In this document: positions 15,501-29,936 of the stretch, piece after piece
Numbering within the stretch: the stretch's first letter is position 1
Layout of the letters: each line of letters starts with the position of its first letter
Origin: Eledone cirrhosa
Lineage: Eukaryota
Direction of reading: 5' to 3'
NCBI GenBank assembly: GCA_964016885.1
Contig: OZ024740.1
Coordinates: forward strand, 388,244,001-388,308,000
DNA length: 64,000 bases
Notes under the pieces: generated by a model
Told to the model about the DNA's origin: nothing
Seen by the model: only the letters and a program-made list of their open reading frames with translations
The model's database searches: none
Made by a program: the position numbers and the translations under genes

Positions 15501-18500
15501 TATCACCATAACACTACCACCACCCTCATTATCACCATAACACTACCACCACCCTCATTATCACCACAACACTACCACCACCCTCATTATCACCACAACA
15601 CTGCCACCACCCTCATTATCATCACAACACTACCACCACCCTCATTATCACCACAACACTACCACCACCCTCATTATCATCACAACCCTACCACCACCCT
15701 CATTATCACCACAACACTACCACCACCCTCATTATCACTACAACACTACCACCACCCTCATTATCACCACAACACTACCACCACCCTCATTATCACCATA
15801 ACACTACCACCACCCTCATTATCACCATAACACTACCACCACCCTCATTATCACCACAACACTACCACCACCCTCATTATCATCACAACACTACCACCAC
15901 CCTCATTATCACCACAACACTACCACCACCCTCATTATCATCACAACCCTACCACCACCCTCATTATCACCATAACACTACCACCACCCTCATTATCACC
16001 ATAACCCTACCACCACCCTCATTATCACCACAACACTACCACCACCCACATTATCACCACAACACTACCACCACCCTCATTATCACCACAACACTACCAC
16101 CACCCTCATTATCACCACAACACTACCACCACCCTCATTATCATCACAACCCTACCACCACCCTCATCATCACCACAACCCTACCACCACCCTCATCATC
16201 ACCACAACCCTACCACCACCCTCATTATCACCACAACACTACCACCACCCTCATTATCACCACAACACTACCACCACCCTCATTATCACCACAACACTAC
16301 CACCACCCTCATTATCACCATAACACTACCACCACCCTCATTATCACCATAACCCTACCACCACCCTCATTATCATCACAACACTACCACCACCCTCATT
16401 ATCACCACAACACTACCACCACCCTCATTATCACCACAACACTACCACCACCCTCATTATCATCACAACCCTACCACCACCCTCATCACCATAACAATAC
16501 CACCACCCTCATCATCACCACAACCCTACCACCACCCTCATCATCACCACAACCCTACCACCACCCTCATTATCACCACAACAATACCACCACCCTCATT
16601 ATCACCATAACCCTACCACCACCCTCATTATCATCACAACACTACCACCACCCTCATTATCACCACAACACTACCACCACCCTCATTATCACCACAACAC
16701 TACCACCACCCTCATTATCATCACAACCCTACCACCACCCTCATTATCACCACAACCCTACCACCACCCTCATCATCACCACAACCCTACCACCACCCTC
16801 ATTATCACCACAACACTACCACCACCCTCATTATCATCACAACACTACCACCACCCACATTATCACCACAACACTACCACCACCCTCATTATCACCACAA
16901 CACTACCACCACCCTCATTATCACCACAACACTACCACCACCCTCATTATCATCACAACCCTACCACCACCCTCATTATCACTACAACACTACCACCACC
17001 CTCATTATCACCACAACACTACCACCACCCTCATTATCATCACAACACTACCACCACCCTCATTATCACCACAACACTACCACCACCCTCATTATCATCA
17101 CAACACTACCACCACCCTCATTATCACCACAACACTACCACCACCCTCATTATCACCACAACACTACCACCACCCTCATTATCATCACAACACTACCACC
17201 ACCCTCATTATCACCACAACACTACCACCACCCTCATTATCACCATAACACTACCACCACCCTCATTATCACCACAACACTACCACCACCCTCATTATCA
17301 TCACAACCCTACCACCACCCACATTATCACCACAACACTACCACCACCCTCATTATCACCACAACACTACCACCACCCTCATTATCACCACAACACTACC
17401 ACCACCCTCATTATCATCACAACCCTACCACCACCCTCATCATCACCACAACCCTACCACCACCCTCATTATCACCACAACACTACCACCACCCACATTA
17501 TCACCACAACACTACCACCACCCTCATTATCACCACAACACTACCACCACCCTCATTATCACCACAACACTACCACCACCCTCATTATCATCACAACCCT
17601 ACCACCACCCTCATCATCACCACAACCCTACCACCACCCTCATAATCACCACAACCCTACCACCACCCTCATTATCACCACAACACTACCACCACCCTCA
17701 TTATCACCACAACACTACCACCACCCTCATTATCACCACAACACTACCACCACCCTCATTATCATCACAACCCTACCACCACCCTCATTATCATCACAAC
17801 ACTACCACCACCCTCATTATCACCACAACCCTACCACCACCCTCATCATCACCACAACCCTACCACCACCCTCATTATCACCACAACACTACCACCACCC
17901 TCATTATCACCATAACCCTACCACCACCCTCATTATCATCACAACACTACCACCACCCTCATTATCACCACAACACTACCACCACCCTCATTATCACCAC
18001 AACACTACCACCACCCTCATTATCATCACAACCCTACCACCACCCTCATTATCACCACAACCCTACCACCACCCTCATCATCACCACAACCCTACCACCA
18101 CCCTCATTATCACCACAACACTACCACCACCCTCATTATCATCACAACACTACCACCACCCACATTATCACCACAACACTACCACCACCCTCATTATCAC
18201 CACAACACTACCACCACCCTCATTATCACCACAACACTACCACCACCCTCATTATCATCACAACCCTACCACCACCCTCATTATCACTACAACACTACCA
18301 CCACCCTCATTATCACCACAACACTACCACCACCCTCATTATCATTACAACACTACCACCACCCTCATTATCACCACAACACTACCACCACCCTCATTAT
18401 CACCACAACACTACCACCACCCTCATTATCATCACAACCCTACCACCACCCTCATTATCACCACAACCCTACCACCACCCTCATCATCACCACAACCCTA

Positions 18501-21500
18501 CCACCACCCTCATTAACACCACAACACTACCACCACCCTCATTATCATCACAACACTACCACCACCCACATTATCACCACAACACTACCACCACCCTCAT
18601 TATCACCACAACACTACCACCACCCTCATTATCACCACAACACTACCACCACCCTCATTATCATCACAACCCTACCACCACCCTCATTATCACTACAACA
18701 CTACCACCACCCTCATTATCACCACAACACTACCACCACCCTTATTATCATTACAACACTACCACCACCCTCATTATCACCACAACACTACCACCACCCT
18801 CATTATCACCACAACACTACCACCACCCTCATTATCACCACAACACTACCACCACCCTCATTATCATCACAACCCTACCACCACCCTCATTATCACTACA
18901 ACACTACCACCACCCTCATTATCACCACAACACTACCACCACCCTCATTATCATCACAACACTACCACCACCCTCATTATCACCACAACACTACCACCAC
19001 CCTCATTATCATCACAACCCTACCACCACCCTCATTATCACTACAACACTACCACCACCCTCATTATCACCACAACACTACCACCACCCTCATTATCATC
19101 ACAACACTACCACCACCCTCATTATCACCACAACACTACCACCACCCTCATTATCACCACAACACTACCACCACCCTCATTATCACCACAACACTACCAC
19201 CACCCTCATTATCATCACAACCCTACCACCACCCTCATTATCACTACAACACTACCACCACCCTCATTATCACCACAACACTACCACCACCCTCATTATC
19301 ATCACAACACTACCACCACCCTCATTATCACCACAACACTACCACCACCCTCATTATCATCACAACCCTACCACCACCCTCATTATCACTACAACACTAC
19401 CACCACCCTCATTATCACCACAACACTACCACCACCCTCATTATCATCACAACACTATCACCACCCTCATTATCACCACAACACTACCACCACCCTCATT
19501 ATCACCACAACACTACCACCACCCTCATTATCACCACAACACTACCACCACCCTCATTATCATCACAACCCTACCACCACCCTCATCATCACCACAACCC
19601 TACCACCACCCTCATCATCACCACAACCCTACCACCACCCTCATTATCACCACAACACTACCACCACCCTCATTATCATCACAACACTACCACCACCCTC
19701 ATTATCACCACAACACTACCACCACCCTCATTATCATCACAACCCTACCACCACCCTCATCATCACCACAACCCTACCACCACCCTCATCATCACCACAA
19801 CCCTACCACCACCCTCATCATCACCACAACCCTACCACCACCCTCATCATCACCACAACCCTACCACCACCCTCATTATCACCACAACACTACCACCACC
19901 CTCATTATCATCACAACACTACCACCACCCTCATTATCACCACAACACTACCACCACCCTCATTATCATCACAACCCTACCACCACCCTCATTATCACCA
20001 CAACACTACCACCACCCTCATTATCACCACAACACTACCACCACCCTCATCACCATAACAATACCACCACCCTCATCATCACCACAACCCTACCACCACC
20101 CTCATTATCACCACAACACTACCACCACCCTCATTATCACCACAACACTACCACCACCCTCATTATCACCACAACACTACCACCACCCTCATTATCACCA
20201 CAACACTACCACCACCCTCATTATCACCACAACACTACCACCACCCTCATTATCATCACAACCCTACCACCACCCTCATCATCACCACAACCCTACCACC
20301 ACCCTCATTATCACCACAACACTACCACCACCCTCATTATCACTACAACACTACCACCACCCTCATTATCACCATAACACTACCACCACCCTCATTATCA
20401 TCACAACACTACCACCACCCTCATTATCACCACAACCCTACCACCACCCTCATTATCACCACAACACTACCACCACCCTCATTATCACCACAACACTACC
20501 ACCACCCTCATTATCACCACAACACTACCACCACCCTCATCACCATAACAATACCACCACCCTCATCATCACCACAACCCTATCACCACCCTCATTATCA
20601 CCACAACACTACCACCACCCTCATCATCACCACAACACTACCACCACCCTCATTATCACCACAACACTACCACCACCCTCATTATCACCACAACACTACC
20701 ACCACCTTCATCACCACAACCCTACCTCCACCCTCATCACCATAACACTACCACCACCCTCATTATCACCATAACACTACCGCACCGTCATCCCCACAAC
20801 CCTACCTCCACCCTCATCACCATAACACTACCACCACCCTCATTATCACCACAACACTACCACCACCCTCATTATCATCACAACACTACCACCACCCTCA
20901 TTATCACCACAACACTACCACCACCCTCATTATCACCACAACACTACCACCACCCTCATTATCACCACAACACTACCACCACCTTCATCACCACAACCCT
21001 ACCTCCACCCTCATCACCATAACACTACCACCACCCTCATTATCAACACAACACTACCACCACCCTCATCACCACAACACTACCACCACCCTCATCACCA
21101 CAACCCTACCTCCACCCTCATCACCACAACACTACCACCACCCTCATTATCACCATAACACTACCACCACCCTCATCATCACAACACTACCACCACCCTC
21201 ATTATCATCACAAACCTACCACCACCCTCATTATCACCATAACACTACCACCACCCTCATTATCACCACAACACTACCACCACCCTCATTATCATCACAA
21301 CACTACCACCACCCTCATTATCATCACAACACTACCACCACCCTCATCATCACCATAACACTACCACCACCCTCATTATCACCATAACCCTACCACCACC
21401 CTCATTATCATCACAACCCTACCACCACCCTCATCAACATCACAACCCTTCCCCCACCCTCATTATCATCACAACCCTACCACCACCCTCATCAACATCA

Positions 21501-21638
21501 CAACCCTTCCCCCACCCTCATTATCATCACAACCCTACCACCACCCTCATCAACATCACAACCCTACCACCACCCTCATTATCATCACAACCCTACCACC
21601 ACCCTCATTATCATCACAACCCTAGCACCACCCTCACA
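9589..21638. repeat. 29-bp minisatellite array, ~12 kb, roughly 415-420 units
   Basis: Consensus ACCACCACCCTCATTATCACCACAACACT, with 26-bp deletion variants and few substitutions. The plus strand is nearly G-free. Confidence 0.99.
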
Positions 21639-21845
21639 TCATCATCAATATAACCAGCCTCCTTATCCTCATTATAAACACCATTGTGCTATTGTAGTTG
21701 CTATGATTTCCAGCATCATTGACAGGCGTATTTAGTATTCACCCGGCAAGTAACAGTTGCCTTGTTTGAATAGTTGCGTAGTTACGAGTTAGAAGAGGGT
21801 GAAGTAATGATCTTATGTACAGTATATACATAAAATGAATTAGAA

Positions 21846-22037
21846 ATATTGGTTTCTTATATAGGCACAAGGCCAGTGATTTGGGGGGAGGGGAAAGTCG
21901 ATTAAATCGACACCAGTGCGTGACTGGTACTTTATTTTATCGACCCTGTGAGGATGAAAGGCAAAGTTAACCTCGGCGGGATTTGAACTCAGATCATAAA
22001 GGGCCGTAACTCTTTGTTGCAAAGCATGGCGTCCGAT
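21846..22037 (-). mobile_element. Nin/Deu-domain-like SINE
   Basis: Reverse complement of GAGTTCAAATCCCGCCGAGGTTAACTTTGCCTTTCATCCT..GGGTCGATAAAATAAAGTACCAG..CTGGCCTTGTGCC. Confidence 0.85.
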
Positions 22038-22214
22038 TAAAAGAGAGACAGAAAGAAATGACAAGACAGGGGTTTAAATGTGAAGGAAGAATGATACTGA
22101 GAGAGATAACGGAGAGAAATATGTAACAATATACGAGTAAACAAGTCAATAGGGACCAAAATGAATGACAATTTAGGAGCAAAGAAAGAAAAATTAAGAT
22201 CTGGAACTGGAAAG

Positions 22215-22352
<138 letters not shown>

Positions 22353-22408
22353 CACCTTGATTAAATGTTAACCATCTACCATGTCAGGGTATGTCATGTA
22401 TCATTTTA

Positions 22409-22471
22409 TTTTATAAGATGAGGACGAACTGTTGAACTTAATTCAGTACATCTGAAATATGTATAATAAAA
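22409..22471 (+). ncRNA. Degenerate hammerhead motif
   Basis: TTTTAT-AAGATGA(core decayed)-GGA..TCT-GAAA-TATGTA-TA-ATAAAA. The downstream sequence recurs at 45360-45425. Confidence 0.45.
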
Positions 22472-22511
22472 TATAATTGTTCACAAGAATATCTATTTTG
22501 TTAATATTTGG

Positions 22512-22597
<86 letters not shown>

Positions 22598-22720
22598 TTA
22601 TAGATAGTGAGATATATATTTATATAGATAGAAAGATAGAGAGATAGATATATGTGTGAGTGTTTGTGTGTATGTGCGTTTGTATGTGTATGTGTAGATA
22701 CACACACACACACACGCACA

Positions 22721-22799
<79 letters not shown>

Positions 22800-22975
22800 C
22801 TCTCTATATATATATATGTAGGAGGTGAGTTTTATTGTAGCACAATAAAGCAATGCAAATATCGGATAAGTAGCACTCAACAGTTTATAGGACTGGAGAA
22901 TAAATAATATAAATATGTTGATTTAACATTTCACTGCTCGCAAGTGTTTTTTAAGCTCCATATCATGTCTCCCTA

Positions 22976-23042
22976 TTTTATCTGATGAGAACGCAAATAT
23001 TATCCCATGATGATATTTGTTTTTGAAATGCGCATAATAAAA
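22976..23042 (+). ncRNA. Type I hammerhead ribozyme, intact core
   Basis: Stem I TTTTAT/ATAAAA; CTGATGA; long stem II (CAAATATTATC/GATGATATTTG); GAAA; palindromic stem III ATGCGCAT; cleavage triplet AUA. Confidence 0.85.
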
Positions 23043-23100
23043 TACATGGAACTCTTTTAACCATCTTTTGATTTTATATTATATATATATATATATATAT

Positions 23101-23236
23101 ATCGTTTCTGAATTTGTTTAGCAAGATTCTTTATCTGAAATCGTGTGTTGAAACCGATATTGTTATATATAATAAATTGAAGTGAAAGCAACTGGTGCGT
23201 GTGTTTCTTATTGGCAACATGACCCTCCCAAAGTAT

Positions 23237-23243
<7 letters not shown>
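23101..23243. mobile_element. (TA)n-embedded inverted element, family A copy 2
   Basis: The first ~68 bp are identical to 6741 onward and the right end is identical to 6843-6886, but the inversion point differs. Confidence 0.85.
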
Positions 23244-23290
<47 letters not shown>

Positions 23291-23294
<4 letters not shown>

Positions 23295-23337
23295 CTGATG
23301 ATTTCTAAAGAATGAAACAGTTCTAGTCCTGTAGAAT
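23291..23337 (+). ncRNA. Type I hammerhead ribozyme, intact core
   Basis: ATTC-CTGATGA-tTTC taaa GAAt-GAAA-CAG ttctagtc CTG-TA-GAAT, starting directly after a (TA)n run. Confidence 0.8.
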
Positions 23338-23353
23338 CTCATCTATATTAAAA

Positions 23354-23395
<42 letters not shown>

Positions 23396-23736
23396 AGTCT
23401 CAGTCAATATGTGTGCTGATATGAGTTTGTCTCTATCTATAACACTGTTTTGTCTGTCAGTAGTTTTGTACTGTAATCTAACTGTTCGATAAATAAGTGA
23501 TCGATAAAATAAGTCCCAGACCTGACGTACAAGTAGTGTAGTCAAAGTGATTGTATAAATCAAGGCTCTTTCTCAACATCATCGCAGTCTACTGACTGAG
23601 TCATGTAAATTAAAAGGATGATGCATATATATGATACTAGAGGTATAGTCCCAAGAAAACAAATGACTAGGCAAGAACTAAAGGTTAGAAGAGAAAGATT
23701 TATTAAGAGTTTGTTTCTCTGACATATCTTCGTGTG

Positions 23737-23787
<51 letters not shown>

Positions 23788-23828
23788 GGAGAGAAAGGGA
23801 AAGATGGACGTGTATTGTATATATATAT

Positions 23829-23931
<103 letters not shown>

Positions 23932-23944
23932 CACACACATATAT

Positions 23945-24030
<86 letters not shown>

Positions 24031-24639
24031 GTGTGTGTATGTGTGAGTGAAGGTGTGCTTGTGTACACATAAATATCGCACGACGATCTGCCACCTTAGA
24101 AAATTGTAAACGCTATAATACTGAAAAAGTGAGATATTAAGTAAATACCAGAAAAATAAACCTTATTAGGTAAGTAAGCAGGTATTAAAACCAGTTAAAA
24201 CTTATATAAGAAGCCGTAGAGAGTCCAGCATATTTGTGGCAAATATTAAAATAATTTAATTCATATTGAACACACGAAGTACCAACGAAAAGTTTTAAAA
24301 GAAACATCACGTACACACACGCATATATTTATATATATATATGTGTGTCTGTGTGTTCATGTGTGTGTGTATTACCAGAGTACATGTCATACCAACTAGA
24401 AAGATCCTTGCTTTGTCTCGGCTTGTCAAAATACATTTAGTGATGGCATAGGTTGAGGATTTGGCTGACACCACATGCGAGCCCAACACTTTTTAATGGG
24501 TGATCATAGATATTTAAGCAAATAAATAAGAACTCGAAAAGTTACTGCATGATACCACGCCTGACCATATATATATATAAATATATACACACACATATAT
24601 AATATATGTCTATACACACACACATATATATACATACAC

Positions 24640-24762
<123 letters not shown>

Positions 24763-25447
24763 CATACATACATATATATATATACATATATATACATATA
24801 TATTCATACATACATATATATACATATATATTTATACATACACACACACACATATATATATATATATTTATATATATATATATATAGATATTTATATATA
24901 GGTATGTGTGTGTGTAGTTATATATATATATATATATATATATATTAGCGAGAGGAAGACATTCAGTGAGAAGTGAGTAAAAAAAGGAGAGAAAGAGCGG
25001 TATACAAAAAAATGAAGAAAAGAAAGATTGTCGAAGAAAGAAAGGAAAATATGTTGAAAGACAGAGAAAACGAAAGAATGACAAAAAAGATGAAGAGGAA
25101 ATATAGAAAAAATAACAAAAGAATATGGAAAGAAAATTTGACAGAAGTAAAAAAAAAAAGAAATATATGAAAATAGTTTGGTTTTCGATAGATTGATAGA
25201 GAATAAGCAAAAGCGAAAAAATATATACCTTTCATCGTATTTTCTGCTTCCAGTTACTTGTTTCTTCCACCGCAAGTGCACACCGTGTGGGCGCATATGG
25301 TTGTGTCTGTGTGTGCGTATGGGAAACAACGAGAGAGACTGGACGTATATGTTTGCTGGTATGTCTGTTTATTTTTCGTTTTTGTTTGTCGCTTTGTTCC
25401 GGATTTTCAAGTTAGTAGTATCCAATCCCGAATAAACACATTTAACT

Positions 25448-25489
25448 AATAATAATAAGAATGATAATAATAATAATAATAATAATAAA

Positions 25490-25526
<37 letters not shown>

Positions 25527-25676
25527 GTTTCTAATTTAGGCACAAGGCAAGCAATTTTCAGGAGAGGGAAAAGTCGATTAAATCAACACCTGCGTGTTAC
25601 TGGTACTTTATTTTATCGACCTCCGTAAGGACGAAAGGCGAAGCTAACATTGGCGGGATTTGAACATAGAACGAAG
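25448..25676 (-). mobile_element. Nin/Deu-domain-like SINE with (ATT)n tail
   Basis: Same body as 21846-22037. The (AAT)n run at 25448-25523 is its 3' tail. Confidence 0.8.
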
Positions 25677-26325
25677 ACATCCAAAATAACAACAGCAAAC
25701 AACGACCACGAAACACCATAAAAAGTATGGAAACCAAAATTAGAAGAAAAAAAACAATTAAAGAAAAACAAAACAAACTGAAATCATTATAGATTTACTG
25801 GGCGGATAGATTCTAGTTAATGAGACATTATACCTAGCAGTGTTTTATGAATTGCATAGCAGAACATGAACAAATCCGATATAGTTAGCACTGTCTTTAT
25901 TTCGGACAGCAAGGGAATGAGCGAGCTTAAACGAGAAACAACGAGTTGTAGAAATAGCAATATATTTTATCATGTTTATCAATGACTTCAAATACACGCC
26001 TATTTCCATTCATACATAATATACAAACAAAAACATTAGGATAGACAACTCATATATTCACACAATATTTTTCACGTATAAACACAGAAAATGCAGATAC
26101 ATTCACATATTTTCGTTATAATTATGTGTGTGTGCTTTTATGTAATCTTATATTCCATTATATATATATATATATGTGTGTGTGTGGTGGATTCCCTATG
26201 TATATCAAGAGGTGACTGCAGTTGAAGAAGGTACTTGAGACGTCAGTAGAGTATAGGCATATTTATTCTATTATAGAAGATGTGACTTTTACGCGACTAG
26301 ATCTGTTTCATTTGTAAGGAATTAT

Positions 26326-26393
<68 letters not shown>

Positions 26394-26671
26394 TATATAT
26401 TTGTTCGTATATATATATGTACATATATGTATGTATGTATGAAACTTGGATAACTCCGACATAAAACCTGCGGCTCAGTAGTTACCGATGATGTTGATCT
26501 TTTCTTCTTTTCGGGTTATAGCTACTGTCGCTCAGAGAGTGGGATTGGTTCAGTGTACAGTTTTCCTCACTTTAAAAAATATCTTCACGCACAGGCATTA
26601 ATAATTATTAATAATGGTATATCGTACAATGGCCGTACTCGATAACGAGGGGGCAGCCATCATCGTCATAT

Positions 26672-26714
<43 letters not shown>

Positions 26715-26773
26715 TAAACAGAGAGAGAGTGAGAGAGATATGTATGCATATGTATTTATGTATATATGTATAC

Positions 26774-26860
<87 letters not shown>

Positions 26861-26962
26861 TGTGTATGTCTGAGTGTATGCATATCTATTTGAATATATA
26901 TGTATATATATGTATATACGTATATATATATACATAAATATGTAAATATCTATCTATTTATT

Positions 26963-27046
<84 letters not shown>

Positions 27047-27054
27047 TATATACA

Positions 27055-27100
<46 letters not shown>

Positions 27101-27204
27101 TAATATACATACAATCATATTCACATATATATGTATACACCCACATAAGTATATGTGTGGGTGTACATATATACATCTATAGATATGTATACATATCTCT
27201 CTCA

Positions 27205-27280
<76 letters not shown>

Positions 27281-27747
27281 GTATATATATATAGAGAGAG
27301 AGAGATATGGATATCCCGACCGTGACGCTCAGCGGTTTCGGCTTCTGTGTTCAGTAAGCCTTGCTGGCGGTGTAGAAAATAGACCACTAGTCTTGTTAGA
27401 GCTTTGGTAGAATTCATCATAGTGGTAAAATGAGCTAATGGAGAACATGGTGAAGAGAACTGGGCAGAGAATGTTAAGTGTATCTGAATAGTCTAGGGTC
27501 CAGGTGATGGAAGTAGTGAGGGTGGGTTAGGGGTGGTAGTGGGTAGGGGTGGAGTAGGAGGAGAAAGGGTATGATGGTCATAGGAATAGGAGACGGGAGG
27601 TGGGGGTGGAGGATTAAGACTATGTATAGACAGGGCTTAGAGTTTGAAGGTGTATTTTTAAGAACAATAAAATATAAAGTGTGTTATGAGGAATTAAATG
27701 AGCAAATTGTTAATTAAATTAGTAAGTAGTTGATTGAAAAGGATAAA

Positions 27748-27965
27748 ATGATTTCTGGTATAGATAGAAGGCCAGTAATTTTTGGGGAAGCGAAAGTCGA
27801 TTAAATCGACCCCAGTACGTTATTGGTGCTTTATTTTATCGACCCCGTAAGGATGAAAGGCAGAGTTAACCTCGACGGGATTTGAACTCAGACCGTAATG
27901 GACCATAACTCTATGCTGCAAAGCATGTTGTCCGACTCCACCGATATTGCCAATCCACCGCCCTT
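27748..27965 (-). mobile_element. Nin/Deu-domain-like SINE, near full length
   Basis: Head GGCGGTGGATTGGCA..GAGTTCAAATCCC plus the conserved body. Confidence 0.85.
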
Positions 27966-28337
27966 AGTGAAAAAGGATAAAATAAAACCAAGTAAAGTTT
28001 CAGGGCTTACATCCCATTCTCCCACCCCTCACCTAGTGTATCCACCTACTGCATTCCCTATATCATCAACCAACCACTACTTACCTGGTAAGTTTCCTTT
28101 AACATACTATACTTCCCATGTAAATAGATTTACCACTTCATCTTCACTGATTCTTGTATGGATTTATGAATGTAGCACGTACATATATGTGTATATGTGT
28201 ACGATACACTCAAGCACGCATATGTGGGGATGAGGTGATGACATTGTGTGCACATACGTGCCTGAGTGTACCGGTCCTGGCATTGATAAATATGCTGGGT
28301 CCGTCAATTCCTTGTTATATATATATATATATATATG

Positions 28338-29400
28338 TGTGAAGAATTTAGTGTAAAAGTTGGCGTTCATCAAGGCTTCTGTCCTTAGCCCCCTCTTATT
28401 TATTATTGCCCTTCGGGCTATAACAGAGGAGTTCAAGACTGGCTGCCCATGGGAACTCCTATACGCAGATGATCTAACGCTCATAGCTGAATCAATGGTT
28501 GAACTAGAGAAGAAATTCGAAACATGGAAGCATGGCCTAGAATCAAAAGGCCTTAAAGTTAACTTGTCTTATACTAAAGTTCTAGTTTGTAGAAAGGAAA
28601 ATAGGGCACAGGTGCCCTCAGGGAAATGGCCATGCTCAGTGTGTAGGAAAGGGGTAGGCAGAAATTCCATTTTATGTCCCAAATACAAAGTATGGTTACA
28701 TAAAAGATGTAGTGGGATCACAGGTAAACCTTCTAAGAACGTAGACTTTACATGTGGCCAATGCTCAGGTGCAATAAGTAGCAAGTATCCAAAGGATACT
28801 AGCTCCTTCCATTGCCCAGATGGTTCTATAGAAATAGTGGACACTTTCCGTTACCTGGGTGACGAAATCAGCAGTGGTGGAGGGTGTTCTGAAAGTAGAG
28901 TAGCCAGAGTCAGAACGGGATGGAAAAAGTTCAGAGAGCTTATACCGCTGTTGGCCATAAAATGTTGGCTAAAAATGAAAGGCAGATTGTATGATGCCTG
29001 TATACGAACAGCCATGCTACATGGCAGTGAGACATGGGCATTGCGTGCAGAGGACCTGCGTAGACTGGAAAGGAACGAAGCATGCATGCTCCGTTCGATG
29101 TGCAATAGTAATATACGTGAACGGCAAAGCATAAATGAACTAAGTGAGATTATTAGGAATAAGAGGGATCAGATGCTGTTTACTTGAGAGAAGACTACAT
29201 TTGTTTGGTCACGTGAAGCGCATGAAAGACGAAAGCTGCATAAAAAAGTGTAGGGCGATCAAAATTGATGGTAGTTACAGAGTAGGTAGACCCAGAAAAA
29301 CCTGGGATGATCTGGTAATTTCCGACCTCACACACTTACATATCTCTAAGCAATGTCTCTGGACAGAGATCTTTGGCGCTACACAGTAATACAGAAGACC
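28338..29400 (+). mobile_element. RTE-clade LINE, 5'-truncated RT C-terminal half (frameshifted)
   Basis: SVLSPLLF, ELLYADDL, GLKVNLSYTK, FRYLG, GWKKFREL, MLHGSETW, RRLHLFGHVKR, GRPRKTW. A Cys/His-rich PHD-like insert lies inside the RT region. Confidence 0.92.
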
Positions 29401-29621
29401 CGCCTTGCCTATGGACAAAGCGAAACGTACAGTCAGTAGGCACCTCTTAACCAAATATACACCACAATCCACTACCCCTACCCTATCCTCCCACTCCCAC
29501 CAACATCACGAGATAATGAGATTGAGATCGTGTAGGTGTCACGACAAAAACACACACAGTCCACGCTGTAATGTGGCCGTGTAGGTAACACGGTAAAAAG
29601 TTCCCAGTTCCACACGGTAAA

Positions 29622-29785
29622 TGTGGTTGGTGTTAGGAAGGGCATCCAGCCGTAGAAAACCTGCCAGATAGTCCTATATGAGCGAGACACGGTCATCCGA
29701 CCAGCCTTGCCTCATGTGGGAGAACTCCCGTCTAACCCATGCTAGCGTGGAAAATGGACGTTAAACGAAGATGATGATGATGACG
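29622..29785 (+). mobile_element. SINE 3' part (Meta-domain-like) with (GAT)n tail
   Basis: GGTTGGTGTTAGGAAGGGCATCCAGCCGTAGAAAAC...CCCATGCTAGCGTGGAAAATGGACGTTAAACG-(GAT)n. Confidence 0.7.
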
Positions 29786-29841
29786 TGGATATATAGCAAT
29801 GATAAAAGCGAAAACTAAAATCCGAGGAAGACTCGATAAGG

Positions 29842-29877
<36 letters not shown>

Positions 29878-29878
29878 T

Positions 29879-29935
<57 letters not shown>

Positions 29936-29936
<1 letters not shown>

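Noticed and set aside
9430-21638. His/Pro/Thr-rich reading frames in the minisatellite, including long stop-free stretches
   Set aside because: The strand is almost G-free, so TAG/TGA cannot occur. The unit length of 29 cycles through frames, and TAA variants are freely tolerated.
9589-21638. CRISPR-like or telomeric array
   Set aside because: There are no unique spacers or cas genes, and the unit is not TTAGGG-like.
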